Positions 9,130 to 19,059 of a DNA stretch of 64,000 bases are shown piece by piece. Both the position numbers and the translations under genes were made by a program. The stretch comes from an uncultured Brevinematales bacterium (lineage in GTDB: Bacteria > Spirochaetota > Brevinematia > Brevinematales > CAZQBT01). The notes beneath the pieces were generated by a model. It was not told the DNA's origin. It saw only the letters and a program-made list of their open reading frames with translations, and did not search any database. Location: assembly GCA_964591955.1 (NCBI GenBank), contig CAZQBT010000002.1:7669-71668 (forward strand), written 5' to 3'. Positions within the stretch are counted from its first letter, which is position 1, and each line of letters starts with the position of its first letter.

Positions 9130-11181
9130 TTAACGCATCGTTATATTTTCGTTTTTATCGGGATTTGCTGATTTACGAAATTTCAAATATCTGAAAGCAA
9201 AAAATGACGGATAACCCTCAACTTTCGCCCGCAGAGCTAAATGATTAGCCCCTTCCTGCCGTGGATTTATCCTGACATATAATATTACATTGGTTTGGTT
9301 AGTAATGTCAAATTTTTGGACAAAAGTTTTTTGATAATTTTCAACCGTTATCGTTTTGCCTTTGAGCATTTCAGCCTGCTCTTCGGTAAACGAAATATTA
9401 ACCGGTACGCTAACCGTTCTGTCGTTTTCCGTATAGGGGAAAGTGGTTCTCGGTATGGAAAGAGTGAACGGAATTTCTCCTTTTGCATAACGGTTATGGC
9501 TAACGGCGGAAAATCCCGATAATAACCATTCATAATAGCTGTAGCCGGCGCGTCTGTGACTCCAGAACGCTCTCAGCATATCATGTATAAATACCCCCTG
9601 CGAACCGCCGGGATAAAAATCCGAGCCTCGCGTAAGCCTCGCGTAATATTCCTCTACGGGATTTCTTCCGTGTATGGATTCGTTTACAACCGCATCTATT
9701 TGATTGCCGGGGACATAATTTACCCCGCCGTCTTTAAGAAATTGGCTCCAACTTCTTGCCATTCCCTCAAACATAGTAGGCGATGCTTCATAGAGCATAA
9801 CCTTATCCATCATAACTCCGGCATCGGTAAACATAAACGGGTCCTGTCCATGTTCCCATCCTTTATCCCATCCGAGAGTATAAACCCATACAGGTTTGGT
9901 AAGTTTCGCCTCTTTACGGACATTATAGATAAAACTTGCCGTTCGATAGGCTTTCCAAAGATTCCATCTTTTACGATAAGAACCGGTATGGTCGCGAATT
10001 TTCTGCCCCATCCACATCATTTTTTGGTAATCCGAATATTTATCCCATCCCGACGGGGTTTTGACATTCATTTCCCGCACAAAATCATCGACATTTTCAA
10101 GTCCCGCCATTTCGCCGAAACGGATAAAGTCGAAACCTATCATATCCACGTAGGGAAGTTTGTTGAAATATTTTGCAAGCTCTACTATATCATTAAAGCG
10201 CTTTTTATCGCGGAACGAAACAAACTGCGAATTTCTTATAAAGGTCCCGTTTGAAGTAAAAGAGATGGCTTTGGCAGGTTCATAACCGCCTTTATTCCAT
10301 CCGCCGGCAGGCGTATAGAAACACATAATATAAGCCCCGACAATACCGCCGGCTTTGTGAACTTCCTTGCCTATTTCCTGAAGATTACGGACACAGTAGT
10401 ATTCCCACGGTTTTTCGCGGCTTACGTTATTCCAACCGGTGGTCTGTCCCGAAAGGTTGACAAACCCTTCTATATCGCCGTATTCCATCCAGTCAAGCAG
10501 GGCATCGGTAAACTCGACGCGTTCACCTTTAGTGTTGAAAGCGCGACGGGTGTATATTGGGGTGTTTGCTTCAAGAGATACAAATGACATAGCGCGGTTG
10601 ACTTTTACCGGTTCGCGTTTGATATACCCGAATTCGGCGCTTGCAACGGGATATCCGTCATAATACAGCACGGCGCGGTATTCTCCCGACGGGGTATCAT
10701 AACCGAAAAACCAGTTTGCCGTCCATTCCCCCTCTTCCTTGTTCAGGTTAAGGAAGGGGTCGCTCATAAACGGAGGGATTATTTTACCGTCGCGATGAAC
10801 CGCTACTTTTGCGCGTTTCGGGTTAATATCGCCGCGAAATATAAATTTTGCTATTTCAAAACGGTAGTAATTTATACGGTATGAATAGAATGAAATATCG
10901 GCGGTTTTTGTCTTGTTTGAGTCTAAAAATATTGTTCGTGTGTTGGTATTGGTATTGATGTAATTATAGTCGGTATAGTGAGAAGCATCCCAGTCGTATA
11001 GAGGGGTATCGCGGAAATTATATTCTTTCGGTTCGATTATTTCCATATCCTCAATTTCAAGACAGGTATCGGGATTTTCCTCCGCCCTGATATTTTTGGT
11101 ATCGACAAATATAAAAACGACAAAAGCCGCAATAATGACGGCAAGGTTTATAATCAGGGTTTTTACATAGATGTCTTTCAT
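9130..11181 (-). CDS. hypothetical membrane-anchored protein, possible glycoside-hydrolase-like TIM-barrel domain
   Basis: 683-aa ORF with an N-terminal TM helix (LIINLAVIIAAFVVFIFV). Central blocks VHKAGGIVGAYI, MIGFDFIRFGE and VWVYTLGW resemble GH-like (DUF4015-type) barrels. This is a weak, memory-based call. Confidence 0.45.
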   Translation of the reverse strand: MKDIYVKTLIINLAVIIAAFVVFIFVDTKNIRAEENPDTCLEIEDMEIIEPKEYNFRDTPLYDWDASHYTDYNYINTNTNTRTIFLDSNKTKTADISFYSYRINYYRFEIAKFIFRGDINPKRAKVAVHRDGKIIPPFMSDPFLNLNKEEGEWTANWFFGYDTPSGEYRAVLYYDGYPVASAEFGYIKREPVKVNRAMSFVSLEANTPIYTRRAFNTKGERVEFTDALLDWMEYGDIEGFVNLSGQTTGWNNVSREKPWEYYCVRNLQEIGKEVHKAGGIVGAYIMCFYTPAGGWNKGGYEPAKAISFTSNGTFIRNSQFVSFRDKKRFNDIVELAKYFNKLPYVDMIGFDFIRFGEMAGLENVDDFVREMNVKTPSGWDKYSDYQKMMWMGQKIRDHTGSYRKRWNLWKAYRTASFIYNVRKEAKLTKPVWVYTLGWDKGWEHGQDPFMFTDAGVMMDKVMLYEASPTMFEGMARSWSQFLKDGGVNYVPGNQIDAVVNESIHGRNPVEEYYARLTRGSDFYPGGSQGVFIHDMLRAFWSHRRAGYSYYEWLLSGFSAVSHNRYAKGEIPFTLSIPRTTFPYTENDRTVSVPVNISFTEEQAEMLKGKTITVENYQKTFVQKFDITNQTNVILYVRINPRQEGANHLALRAKVEGYPSFFAFRYLKFRKSANPDKNENITMR

Positions 11182-11186
11182 AATTA

Positions 11187-12299
11187 TTAATCTCCAATTT
11201 CTTTTTTTAGATATACGGTTGAAGTCGGGAAAGGAATTTGTATCCCGTTTTCTTTAAATGCGTTGTAAATGTTTGAATAAATTTTATCGGTCATAAAAAG
11301 TCTTTGCATCGGGGTTCTTATATTAGCGTATAATTTGAAGTTCAATGAAAAATCTTTCATCTCGCTGAAGAACACCGATGGTTCCGGGAAGTCAAGGATG
11401 CCCTCCGTATTTAAGACTGCGTTTAAGATAACGTCCTTAACGAAAATAGGGTCGCTGCCGTAAGCCACTCCGACATCAAGACTTAAGCGATAAATTTCCG
11501 TAGGGCGGGAGTGGTTTTTTATCTCCATACCTGCGAGTTTACCGTTGGGTATAATCAAAATCTCATCGTTAAACGTGCGAATTTGGGTGCTTCTGTAACC
11601 GATATGATATACCGTTCCTCTCTGCCCGTTTTCGAGTTCTATATAATTATCCAAACTGTAAGCATCGTCAAGTATTAGCGAAATCCCCCCGAAAATATGA
11701 GACAGTGAATCCTGAACGGCAAGACCCACAGCCAAGCCCGCTATACCGAGACCCGTGAGGATAGGTCCTATTTCTATGCCCCAGATACCGAGTATCAACG
11801 TAATAATTATTAAACCCAGCGTAATATTGACGAAACGCTCAAGTATCTGCTTGAGGTTTTTATTTTTAAAAACCCTGCTCTTTTTGAAGTAGGATGGGGA
11901 TTCCATAACGGAAAAAATCGACTTGAAGACCCCTTTTATCATAAAATAAGCTACAATCATCAGTATTGTAAGAAGCGCCGCACGCAGGGGGATAACCAAT
12001 CCTTCCGATATGCCGAGACTGTCAAGCGCTATTATGATACCGATTATGATAAAATTTCTCGAGAAACTTTTTGCCAAAACGGATTTCAAGTTCTTGTTTT
12101 TTATGCCGCCGATTTTTTTTGATACCAATATCGCTTCGATAATTTTTACAATAATAACCGCCACGATTACAACAAGTAAAAAATGAAAATATCTGCTTTG
12201 TAAAAACGGGACACGCGAGGTAAAACTTGCGAACCATTCGGTTATGCCCGTTTTTTCTCCTAAAATCTCAAGCGCGTTTGTAGCGGAATTATTGGTCAT
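11187..12299 (-). CDS. mechanosensitive ion channel, MscS family
   Basis: MscS pore-helix and beta-domain block GIAGLAVGLAVQDSLSHIFGGISLILDD. I moved the start to the ATG at 12299 (GAGGAAGGA 6 nt upstream). The ORF-track start at 12353 is a TTG with no RBS. Confidence 0.85.
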   Translation of the reverse strand: MTNNSATNALEILGEKTGITEWFASFTSRVPFLQSRYFHFLLVVIVAVIIVKIIEAILVSKKIGGIKNKNLKSVLAKSFSRNFIIIGIIIALDSLGISEGLVIPLRAALLTILMIVAYFMIKGVFKSIFSVMESPSYFKKSRVFKNKNLKQILERFVNITLGLIIITLILGIWGIEIGPILTGLGIAGLAVGLAVQDSLSHIFGGISLILDDAYSLDNYIELENGQRGTVYHIGYRSTQIRTFNDEILIIPNGKLAGMEIKNHSRPTEIYRLSLDVGVAYGSDPIFVKDVILNAVLNTEGILDFPEPSVFFSEMKDFSLNFKLYANIRTPMQRLFMTDKIYSNIYNAFKENGIQIPFPTSTVYLKKEIGD

Positions 12300-12445
12300 A
12301 GAAATTCCTTCCTCATCGGAAACATCTGTTTTGATTATCGGAAATAACCGCAAAATTTTGATAAGCCGAAGCGCTTAAATTAAAACCTTCCTATTAAATA
12401 TATAAGCGTTTCCGCAAAAACCGTATCCGGCAAGAAACGGATATT

Positions 12446-15325
12446 TTAACGTATCTGTTTCAATAAATCCTGCGCTTTAGGTCTGTATTCCGAATCGGGG
12501 AATCTTTCGATTATACGCTCAAGGAAAACCCTTGCCGAGTTTGTATCTCCGTTACGGTAATAACTTTCGGAAAGACCGTAAAGTGTAGCGGGATAAAGGT
12601 CGTAATGACGATATACCTTGATAATCTCTCCGTATTTAAGTATAGCCGCGGTGTAATTGCCCTCCTGACGGTCGTATTCGGCAAGTTCAAAAGTGGCAAG
12701 AGCCGCCTCATCTCCGGTAGTGGTGTTGACAATTATATTAAACTGAGCTTTAGCATCATTATGACGGTTGACCGCCTGATAATACTTGGCAAGACGGTAT
12801 TTTGCGACAGCCTTAGCTTCGGGGGTCTTCGCCTGACGGATTAAAGTCTGGTAGAATTTTTCCTCATCCGCCCCCGCTTCCTGTTTAAGCGTAATCTCGG
12901 AAACCTTGACTTTCGCTTTTTCCGCCTCTACCGAATTGGGATATTCCTTTATAAGACGGTCGTAGAAAGTCTTTGCGCGGGCAAAATTGTTTAAATCATA
13001 AAATATATTGCCGACACGTGAAAGCGCATCGGTTGCATAGTCCCCGCGAGGATATTTATTGACATACTCTAAGAAAATATCCGCGCCTTTTATCCTGTCT
13101 CCGCTGTTATAGACACTCCACGCTTTCCAGTAAAGCGAGGATGATGCCAAATCGGTATCCCCGAAATTGCTGATTATTTTATCGTAGTAGTTTGCCGCTT
13201 CCTTATAATCCGCGCGGTTATAATAAAACTCCGCGAGTTTGAATAAAGCCTCTCCGGTAAACCTGCTTTTCGGATAATCCCTGACAAGTTGAGAAAATGT
13301 ATCGTTAGCGCGGTCGATTTCATTCAGACGGATATAACACCACGCGATATCCGACAGGGCGGATGGTATATCCTCGGTTATATTACGGGATTTTGCTTCG
13401 GTTATATATCTCTCAAATCCTCTAATAGCATTCCTGTAATCCTCCATATTGAAATAGGAACGCGCGATATATAAAAATCCCTCAAGCGCTTTCCTGTTGT
13501 CGCGGGTGAGGTCTGCGGATTTTCGGAAGGATTCAATAGCATCCGTGTAAAACCTCCTGCGGAATTTACTCCATCCGATAAGATTATAAATCTCGGCAAA
13601 TTCCTCATTGGAGAACTTCTCGTTCAGGAAACCCGAAAGGTAAGTATCAACTCTTTCAAAGCGTTCCTGTTTATAGAAAATCCAGGCGCTTTTTATAATC
13701 GAATCCGAATAGTAAGGGGAGTCTTTATGGTCTCTGACAACTCTCCTGAAATATTCCAAAGCGGACTGATAGTCTTTCAGGTTATATTTGATGATACCGA
13801 CACTGTAAAAAGCCCCTGCCGCCCGTCTTCCGCGCGGGTATTCGTTTATTATACGGTTGTAATATTCTGCGGCGCGCACGTATTCCTCGCGACGGGCATA
13901 AACCCATGCAATAGCGTTGAGCGCATCATCGACAAGTTCGCTTCGGGGATAATTCTGAAGGATACGGTTATATGCCACGAGAGCCGAGTCGTAATCTTCC
14001 AAACCGACGTAGCTGTTGCCGATATAGTAATAAATTTCCGCGGCGCGTTCGGATAGAGGGTTTTGGCGAAGATATGTTTCAAAAGCGCCGATTGATTCCC
14101 TGTATTTCTTAGCCTCAAGAAGACTTCGCGCCCGCCAATACGTGGCGTTCATAGAATATGAAGTATCGGGAAAACCCGATATAACACGGTCGAAAGCCTC
14201 CACCGCACCCGTGTAGTTCTCCTGAACAAAACGAAGTTCGCCGATTTTGTTTAACGAGAGTGCGCGGTTTTCTCCGCCTAAGGTCGCTATCCTTGCGTAA
14301 GCCTCTTCCGCTTTGGTATAGTTTTCCATCAGGATATGGCACGAGGCTATCTGCATCAACGCATCCGATGCAAGTTTTGAATCCCTGTAATGCGTTATTA
14401 CCGCATCGAAATATTTTATAGCTCCGTCATATTGTTTGTTGATTTTATAAATTAGTCCTAATTTATATAGAGAATCTTCTTTAAGTTCGTTTCTGCCGGG
14501 AATGGACACAAGCGTATTGAGAAATTCAATTGCTTTAAGGTAGTCCTGTTTTTTTATGTAAATCATTCCGGCATAATACAACGCCTCTTCCCTGTATCCG
14601 AAATTGTCGATTTTCACAATTCCCGTAAGATAAGTCAAAGCATCATCGTTTCGTTCAAGACGATAATAGGCCGTAGCAAGAAAAAACTCCGCCTCGCTTT
14701 TAAAACGGGAATTGGGATATTTGGAAAGAAAACTCCGCAAAATTTCCGCCGCTTTGTTAAAGTCCCTGTCGCGGACATAAGCCTGTCCTAATCTAAGCAT
14801 CGTTTCCTCGGCAATTTCGGAATTAGGGAACTCGCGCATAATCAGGTTAAACTCATCAATAGCAGAGCCGAAACGGTTTGCCATAAGTAGCGACAGAGCG
14901 ATATAATAATGAGCGCTTTCTTTTAACTCCTGCAGCGGGTTCGTCCTGATGAAGTTGCGAAGAAGTTGCACCGCGCGGTCGTAATTTCCCATCCTGAAAT
15001 ATGTATTGCCTATCATCAGGTTTGCGCGGGGGATATATCCCGAAGTAGGGTAGTCGTTAATGAGACGGTTGAAATACTGTATGGCGGTTTCGTAACTTGC
15101 TTTTTGGTAGTAACAAAGTCCTATAAAGTAAGTGGCATCATCGGCATAATCACCCTGCCTGTTATGAGCAAGTATTTTGTTAAATTCCGCGATTGCAATA
15201 TCGTAGGTGCGGTTTTGGTATGCCGCCTGCCCTGATGAGTAAAACCGTTGCGCGGTAAGGTCAACCGCGTAACCCCCTGCCGTTAAGGCAACCATCATTA
15301 CCGATACCAAAAATAATCTATTCAT
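12446..15325 (-). CDS. secreted tetratricopeptide-repeat protein (many TPR/YbgF-like repeats)
   Basis: 959-aa ORF with a GGAGG RBS and signal peptide MNRLFLVSVMMVALTAGGYA. The 34-aa A..Y..G..Y..A...F pattern repeats along the whole protein. Confidence 0.85.
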   Translation of the reverse strand: MNRLFLVSVMMVALTAGGYAVDLTAQRFYSSGQAAYQNRTYDIAIAEFNKILAHNRQGDYADDATYFIGLCYYQKASYETAIQYFNRLINDYPTSGYIPRANLMIGNTYFRMGNYDRAVQLLRNFIRTNPLQELKESAHYYIALSLLMANRFGSAIDEFNLIMREFPNSEIAEETMLRLGQAYVRDRDFNKAAEILRSFLSKYPNSRFKSEAEFFLATAYYRLERNDDALTYLTGIVKIDNFGYREEALYYAGMIYIKKQDYLKAIEFLNTLVSIPGRNELKEDSLYKLGLIYKINKQYDGAIKYFDAVITHYRDSKLASDALMQIASCHILMENYTKAEEAYARIATLGGENRALSLNKIGELRFVQENYTGAVEAFDRVISGFPDTSYSMNATYWRARSLLEAKKYRESIGAFETYLRQNPLSERAAEIYYYIGNSYVGLEDYDSALVAYNRILQNYPRSELVDDALNAIAWVYARREEYVRAAEYYNRIINEYPRGRRAAGAFYSVGIIKYNLKDYQSALEYFRRVVRDHKDSPYYSDSIIKSAWIFYKQERFERVDTYLSGFLNEKFSNEEFAEIYNLIGWSKFRRRFYTDAIESFRKSADLTRDNRKALEGFLYIARSYFNMEDYRNAIRGFERYITEAKSRNITEDIPSALSDIAWCYIRLNEIDRANDTFSQLVRDYPKSRFTGEALFKLAEFYYNRADYKEAANYYDKIISNFGDTDLASSSLYWKAWSVYNSGDRIKGADIFLEYVNKYPRGDYATDALSRVGNIFYDLNNFARAKTFYDRLIKEYPNSVEAEKAKVKVSEITLKQEAGADEEKFYQTLIRQAKTPEAKAVAKYRLAKYYQAVNRHNDAKAQFNIIVNTTTGDEAALATFELAEYDRQEGNYTAAILKYGEIIKVYRHYDLYPATLYGLSESYYRNGDTNSARVFLERIIERFPDSEYRPKAQDLLKQIR

Positions 15326-15465
15326 ATTGTCCTCCGATATTTTCTTTTTAGGTATGTATATAATTTATCATTTTTCACGGAAATTTTCCAGTTTTATGAA
15401 GATTAAAGCGTGAAGTCGGGTTTAAAATTAAGTTTGTCATCAGATGGTATTAAACTACAAAACGC

Positions 15466-15496
15466 TTGACAAAAAACGGCATTGTGGTATTATAAT
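15466..15496 (+). promoter_or_regulatory. sigma70-type promoter (TTGACA, extended -10 TGgTATTATAAT)
   Basis: TTGACA at 15466-15471, then TGGTATTAT/TATAAT at 15485-15496. This places the TSS inside the ORF-track start (15482), so the CDS starts at the ATG at 15524. Confidence 0.55.
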
Positions 15497-15523
15497 TTCA
15501 TTGAAAATGCATTGGGGGTTTTT

Positions 15524-16090
15524 ATGGAACAGACGAATTCCGGTTTAAAAAAATATCCGACAATAGGGGTTTGCGGACTTGATTGCGGGCTATGTCCGAG
15601 ATATTACACCGACGGTTCTTCAAGATGTCCCGGGTGCGGCGGGGTTGATTTTTCCGAAAAACACCCGTCCTGTTCTTTTATAACCTGTTGCGTTAAGAAA
15701 AAGAATCTTGAGGTTTGCGGGGAGTGTGATTGTTTCCCGTGTTCCAAGTTTCAAACGGAGGAGGAGTATCAACAAGTGAAGGAAAGCTCATCTTACCCGT
15801 CATATAAGAAAGCTATGTCGAATCTGAAATTTATAAAAGAACACGGGATTGAAAAGTTTACAGAGCAACAGGCAAAACGGATTAAATTGCTTGAGACGAT
15901 GATTGAGAATTTTAATGACGGCAGGTCAAGGAGCTTTTTTTGTAAAAAGGCTTGTTTGCTTGAGATACCCGATTTGGAAAAATCATTGGCGCGGGCGGAC
16001 AGGCAAATCGAAACCGAACAAACCGGGCGTGATGATTTTAAAAATAAAGCCGGGATACTCAGGGCAATTCTCGCCGAATTTGATTTTTAG
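15524..16090 (+). CDS. DUF3795-type cysteine-rich protein
   Basis: Cys pattern CGLDCGLCPRY..CPGCGG..CSFITCC..CGECDCFPC, typical of the DUF3795 family. The start was chosen downstream of the mapped promoter. Confidence 0.65.
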   Translation: MEQTNSGLKKYPTIGVCGLDCGLCPRYYTDGSSRCPGCGGVDFSEKHPSCSFITCCVKKKNLEVCGECDCFPCSKFQTEEEYQQVKESSSYPSYKKAMSNLKFIKEHGIEKFTEQQAKRIKLLETMIENFNDGRSRSFFCKKACLLEIPDLEKSLARADRQIETEQTGRDDFKNKAGILRAILAEFDF

Positions 16091-16125
16091 CGGGCTTGCG
16101 GAGAATGAAACGAGAGGGGGATATT

Positions 16126-16611
16126 GTGGAAAACCTGATATTTAAAACGATTGATAAAGATGATTACCCGTTTCTGAAAGAAATGCTTTATGAGTCGTTA
16201 TTTGTCCCGGAGGGGGGAAAACCTTACCCTAAGTCTATAGTCGATACGCCGGAAATTTCCAAGTATATAGACGACTGGGATAATGACGCGGATTTCGGTT
16301 TGATTGCGCAATACGGCGATAATTTAATCGGCGCGGTATGGGGAAGGGTATTTACCGATGATAAAAAGGGATACGGCTTTATAGACAGGCACACCTCAGA
16401 AATAGGTATGGCTTTAAAGCGGGGATTTAGAAACCGTGGTGTCGGCACGTGTCTTTTATCCGAATTTTTTAAACTTGCCGTAGAAAAAGGGTATAAAGCC
16501 CTTTCTTTAAGCGTTGATAAACAAAACCGCGCCCGTGAGTTTTACCGTCGGATGGGGTTTGTTGTCGTTGATGAGGCGGAGACCGCTTATACAATGAGGA
16601 TAGGGTTGTGA
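16126..16611 (+). CDS. GNAT family N-acetyltransferase
   Basis: Acetyl-CoA motif A: RGFRNRGVGTCLL. GTG at 16126 has GAGGGGG 5 nt upstream. Alternative starts are ATG 16105 and TTG 16096. Confidence 0.8.
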   Translation: MENLIFKTIDKDDYPFLKEMLYESLFVPEGGKPYPKSIVDTPEISKYIDDWDNDADFGLIAQYGDNLIGAVWGRVFTDDKKGYGFIDRHTSEIGMALKRGFRNRGVGTCLLSEFFKLAVEKGYKALSLSVDKQNRAREFYRRMGFVVVDEAETAYTMRIGL

Positions 16612-16654
16612 GTTTTAAGCATTATAAGACTATTATCAAAAGATGGATTTTTAT

Positions 16655-16683
16655 TTGACTTTTTTTGTTTTTTTTAATAGAAT
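16655..16683 (+). promoter_or_regulatory. sigma70-type promoter (TTGACT-17-TAGAAT)
   Basis: TTGACT at 16655-16660, a T-rich 17-nt spacer and TAGAAT at 16678-16683, about 30 nt upstream of the ATG at 16713. Confidence 0.55.
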
Positions 16684-16712
16684 ATTGCCATACAATAGTA
16701 AGGATGTTTACA

Positions 16713-16973
16713 ATGTCTACACAATCACCAAAAATTTTAGACAAGTATGATGATAATATTCCTTGCAAGGATGGCTATTATTTTGTCAAAAAAGAAAAGA
16801 AATGGGGTTTAATAAAAGATAATGGAACAGTGATAGTGCCTTGTATACACAAATTAGACCATATTCTCAATCATAAAGATAAAGGCATTAAAATTTTTAA
16901 CGTCAAGGCTGAATTAGAAAAAACAATAGAAGAAATTAAAGAAAAATTTAAAAATGATGAGGTTTCGGAATAA
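16713..16973 (+). CDS. small protein with a single WG-containing repeat
   Basis: 86 aa from the ATG at 16713 (AAGGA 8 nt upstream). The segment KKWGLIKDNGTVIVPCIH matches the WG-repeat pattern (KWGLID.NGK.IIP). The gene is very AT-rich. Confidence 0.5.
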   Translation: MSTQSPKILDKYDDNIPCKDGYYFVKKEKKWGLIKDNGTVIVPCIHKLDHILNHKDKGIKIFNVKAELEKTIEEIKEKFKNDEVSE

Positions 16974-17076
16974 AATTTTATCCGTAGCACTTTTGAACTG
17001 ATTATGAGATTCTCTCGGTTTATTCAATAAACCCGCATTAAACATTGACGAACTGTCGATGCAAGGTTGTTTTTAT

Positions 17077-17697
17077 TCACCCCGATATGCCGATTATTGC
17101 GGTTATCGACTTTTCCGGTTTGAGAATAAAATTCTTTTTATCGAACCCGATACCTAAATCCTCGGTTTCCAATAAAGGCATTATATCCGAGTGAACGTCG
17201 GTTTTCAGGTCGCCGTAGCCCGGACTAAACCGCTTTGTGATTGATTTTTTCATAATTTGCATTTCCTGAGCTATTACCCCGTTGATAAAATCCGCCGAAG
17301 CCTCTACCGCCTCAGAGCCTATCGCATCCCATATTATCCCTTTGGTCATTTCTCCTACGCCTATATATTCGGCGCTTCTTTTTTCAACCCCGTCCCCTAT
17401 TGTGCAGGCGAAAATGATTACCGATTTCGATTTTTCCAAGAGCTTTGCAAGTTTAACGGATTTAAGGGTTATATCCCTTTCAAGATTCACCGTATCCGAA
17501 TCAATTTTAGTAATCTCAAGCGTAATAGAAACGGCGGACGGTTGGATATAAGTTCTTGCTTCGTTTATTTCTTTTTGAATTGAGAACATAAGGTCTTCGG
17601 TAATTTCGCTTTTTTTGTAATTATATCCCATACGCGACAGGACTTTGTTTATAGGCGGCTGTATTTTCGGCATATTCCATATTCTTTTTTCTTTCAT
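17077..17697 (-). CDS. stand-alone methionine synthase activation-domain-like protein (Met_synt_B12 family)
   Basis: 206-aa ORF. The N-terminal LSRMGYNYK.. and C-terminal RFSPGYGDL..LKPEKSITAIIGISG blocks match the clostridial-type vitamin-B12-dependent methionine synthase activation region proteins. Confidence 0.65.
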   Translation of the reverse strand: MKEKRIWNMPKIQPPINKVLSRMGYNYKKSEITEDLMFSIQKEINEARTYIQPSAVSITLEITKIDSDTVNLERDITLKSVKLAKLLEKSKSVIIFACTIGDGVEKRSAEYIGVGEMTKGIIWDAIGSEAVEASADFINGVIAQEMQIMKKSITKRFSPGYGDLKTDVHSDIMPLLETEDLGIGFDKKNFILKPEKSITAIIGISG

Positions 17698-17850
17698 AGG
17701 TTTTCCGGATGTTTTATTGCATAATCTTACAGCAATGCAATCGACAAGTCAAATTTCAAACCGAAATACAACATAGCGAATGATTTATTTTTTTTTCAAA
17801 TCATTGTATAATCTTATAATCTAAAAATATTAATTGACGGAGAGATAAAG

Positions 17851-19059
17851 TTGGCAATGAACAGGATAGAAGAAGCGGTTGATGCAATCAAAGCCGGGGA
17901 GATGGTAATTGTAGTAGATGATGAAGACCGCGAAAATGAGGGCGATATAGTTATGTCGGCACAGCTTGCTACGCCTGAAAAGATTAATTTTATAATTAAA
18001 GAGGCGCGGGGTTTGCTTTGCGTGCCGATGAGCGGGGAGCGCGCCGAAAAACTTGACTTGCATATTATGATTGAAAACCCCAACGAAAAATGGGGGACTG
18101 CTTTTACGGTTTCGGTTGATGCTAAGGAAACCTCTACTGGTATATCCGCGCATGACCGCGCCCTTACGATTAACAAACTTGCAGACCCCAATTCCGTTAT
18201 AGATGATTTCGAGAGACCGGGACATATTTTCCCGCTTAAAGCGCAGGAGGGAGGGGTTTTACGTCGCGCAGGGCATACCGAAGCCTCGGTTGACTTGATG
18301 AAAATGGCGGGGCTTGAACCGGTTGGCGTTATATGTGAAATACTGAATGATGACGGTTCAATGGCGAGGTTGTCCGATTTGATTGAGTTTTCTAAAAAGC
18401 ATAATCTCAAGATAATAAGTGTCGCGCAGTTGATAAAATATCGACGACGGAAAGAAAACCATGTATGGCGTGAGACCGAGGCGAAACTCCCGTCTAAATA
18501 CGGGGATTTCAGGATTATACTTTACGGCAACGATATTGATAATGAAAACCATCTTGCAATAGTAAAAGGCGATATTGCTTCCGCCGATATTGTGCCGGTA
18601 AGGGTTCATTCGGAATGTTTCACGGGCGACCTGTTGGGTTCGCTTCGATGCGATTGCGGCGACCAGCTCCATTGCGCGCTTCAGGCTATCGAAAACGAGG
18701 GCGTGGGCGTTCTTTTGTATATGCGTCAAGAGGGAAGGGGTATCGGGTTGGTAAATAAAATTAAAGCATACGCCCTTCAGGATAAGGGGATGGATACAGT
18801 TGAGGCAAACGCGCATCTCGGTTTTACTGCAGACCTTCGCGAATACGGAATAGGCGCACAAATTTTGCGGGACTTGGGCGTTTCAAAAATCAAACTTTAT
18901 ACCAACAATCCCACTAAGGTTGTAGGGCTTGAGGGTTACGGTTTACAAATCGTGGAGCGCGTTCCTTTAATAATCAAACCCAATACGCACAATGAATTTT
19001 ATTTGAAAACCAAACGGGAAAAGATGGGTCATCTGTTGGATTCCGATGAAAAGGATTGA
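17851..19059 (+). CDS. ribBA: bifunctional 3,4-dihydroxy-2-butanone-4-phosphate synthase / GTP cyclohydrolase II
   Basis: 402-aa ORF. RibB block [20 protein letters not shown], and RibA zinc site [14 protein letters not shown] with EGRGIGL. The start is TTG 17851 (GGAGAG 6 nt upstream) or ATG 17857. Confidence 0.93.
   Translation: MAMNRIEEAVDAIKAGEMVIVVDDEDRENEGDIVMSAQLATPEKINFIIKEARGLLCVPMSGERAEKLDLHIMIENPNEKWGTAFTVSVDAKETSTGISAHDRALTINKLADPNSVIDDFERPGHIFPLKAQEGGVLRRAGHTEASVDLMKMAGLEPVGVICEILNDDGSMARLSDLIEFSKKHNLKIISVAQLIKYRRRKENHVWRETEAKLPSKYGDFRIILYGNDIDNENHLAIVKGDIASADIVPVRVHSECFTGDLLGSLRCDCGDQLHCALQAIENEGVGVLLYMRQEGRGIGLVNKIKAYALQDKGMDTVEANAHLGFTADLREYGIGAQILRDLGVSKIKLYTNNPTKVVGLEGYGLQIVERVPLIIKPNTHNEFYLKTKREKMGHLLDSDEKD

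Noticed and set aside
17698-17850. Expected FMN riboswitch upstream of ribBA
   Set aside because: The 153-nt region is AT-rich with a T9 run and TATAAT boxes. It has none of the conserved FMN-element blocks I know. It is also too short for the full element plus an expression platform.
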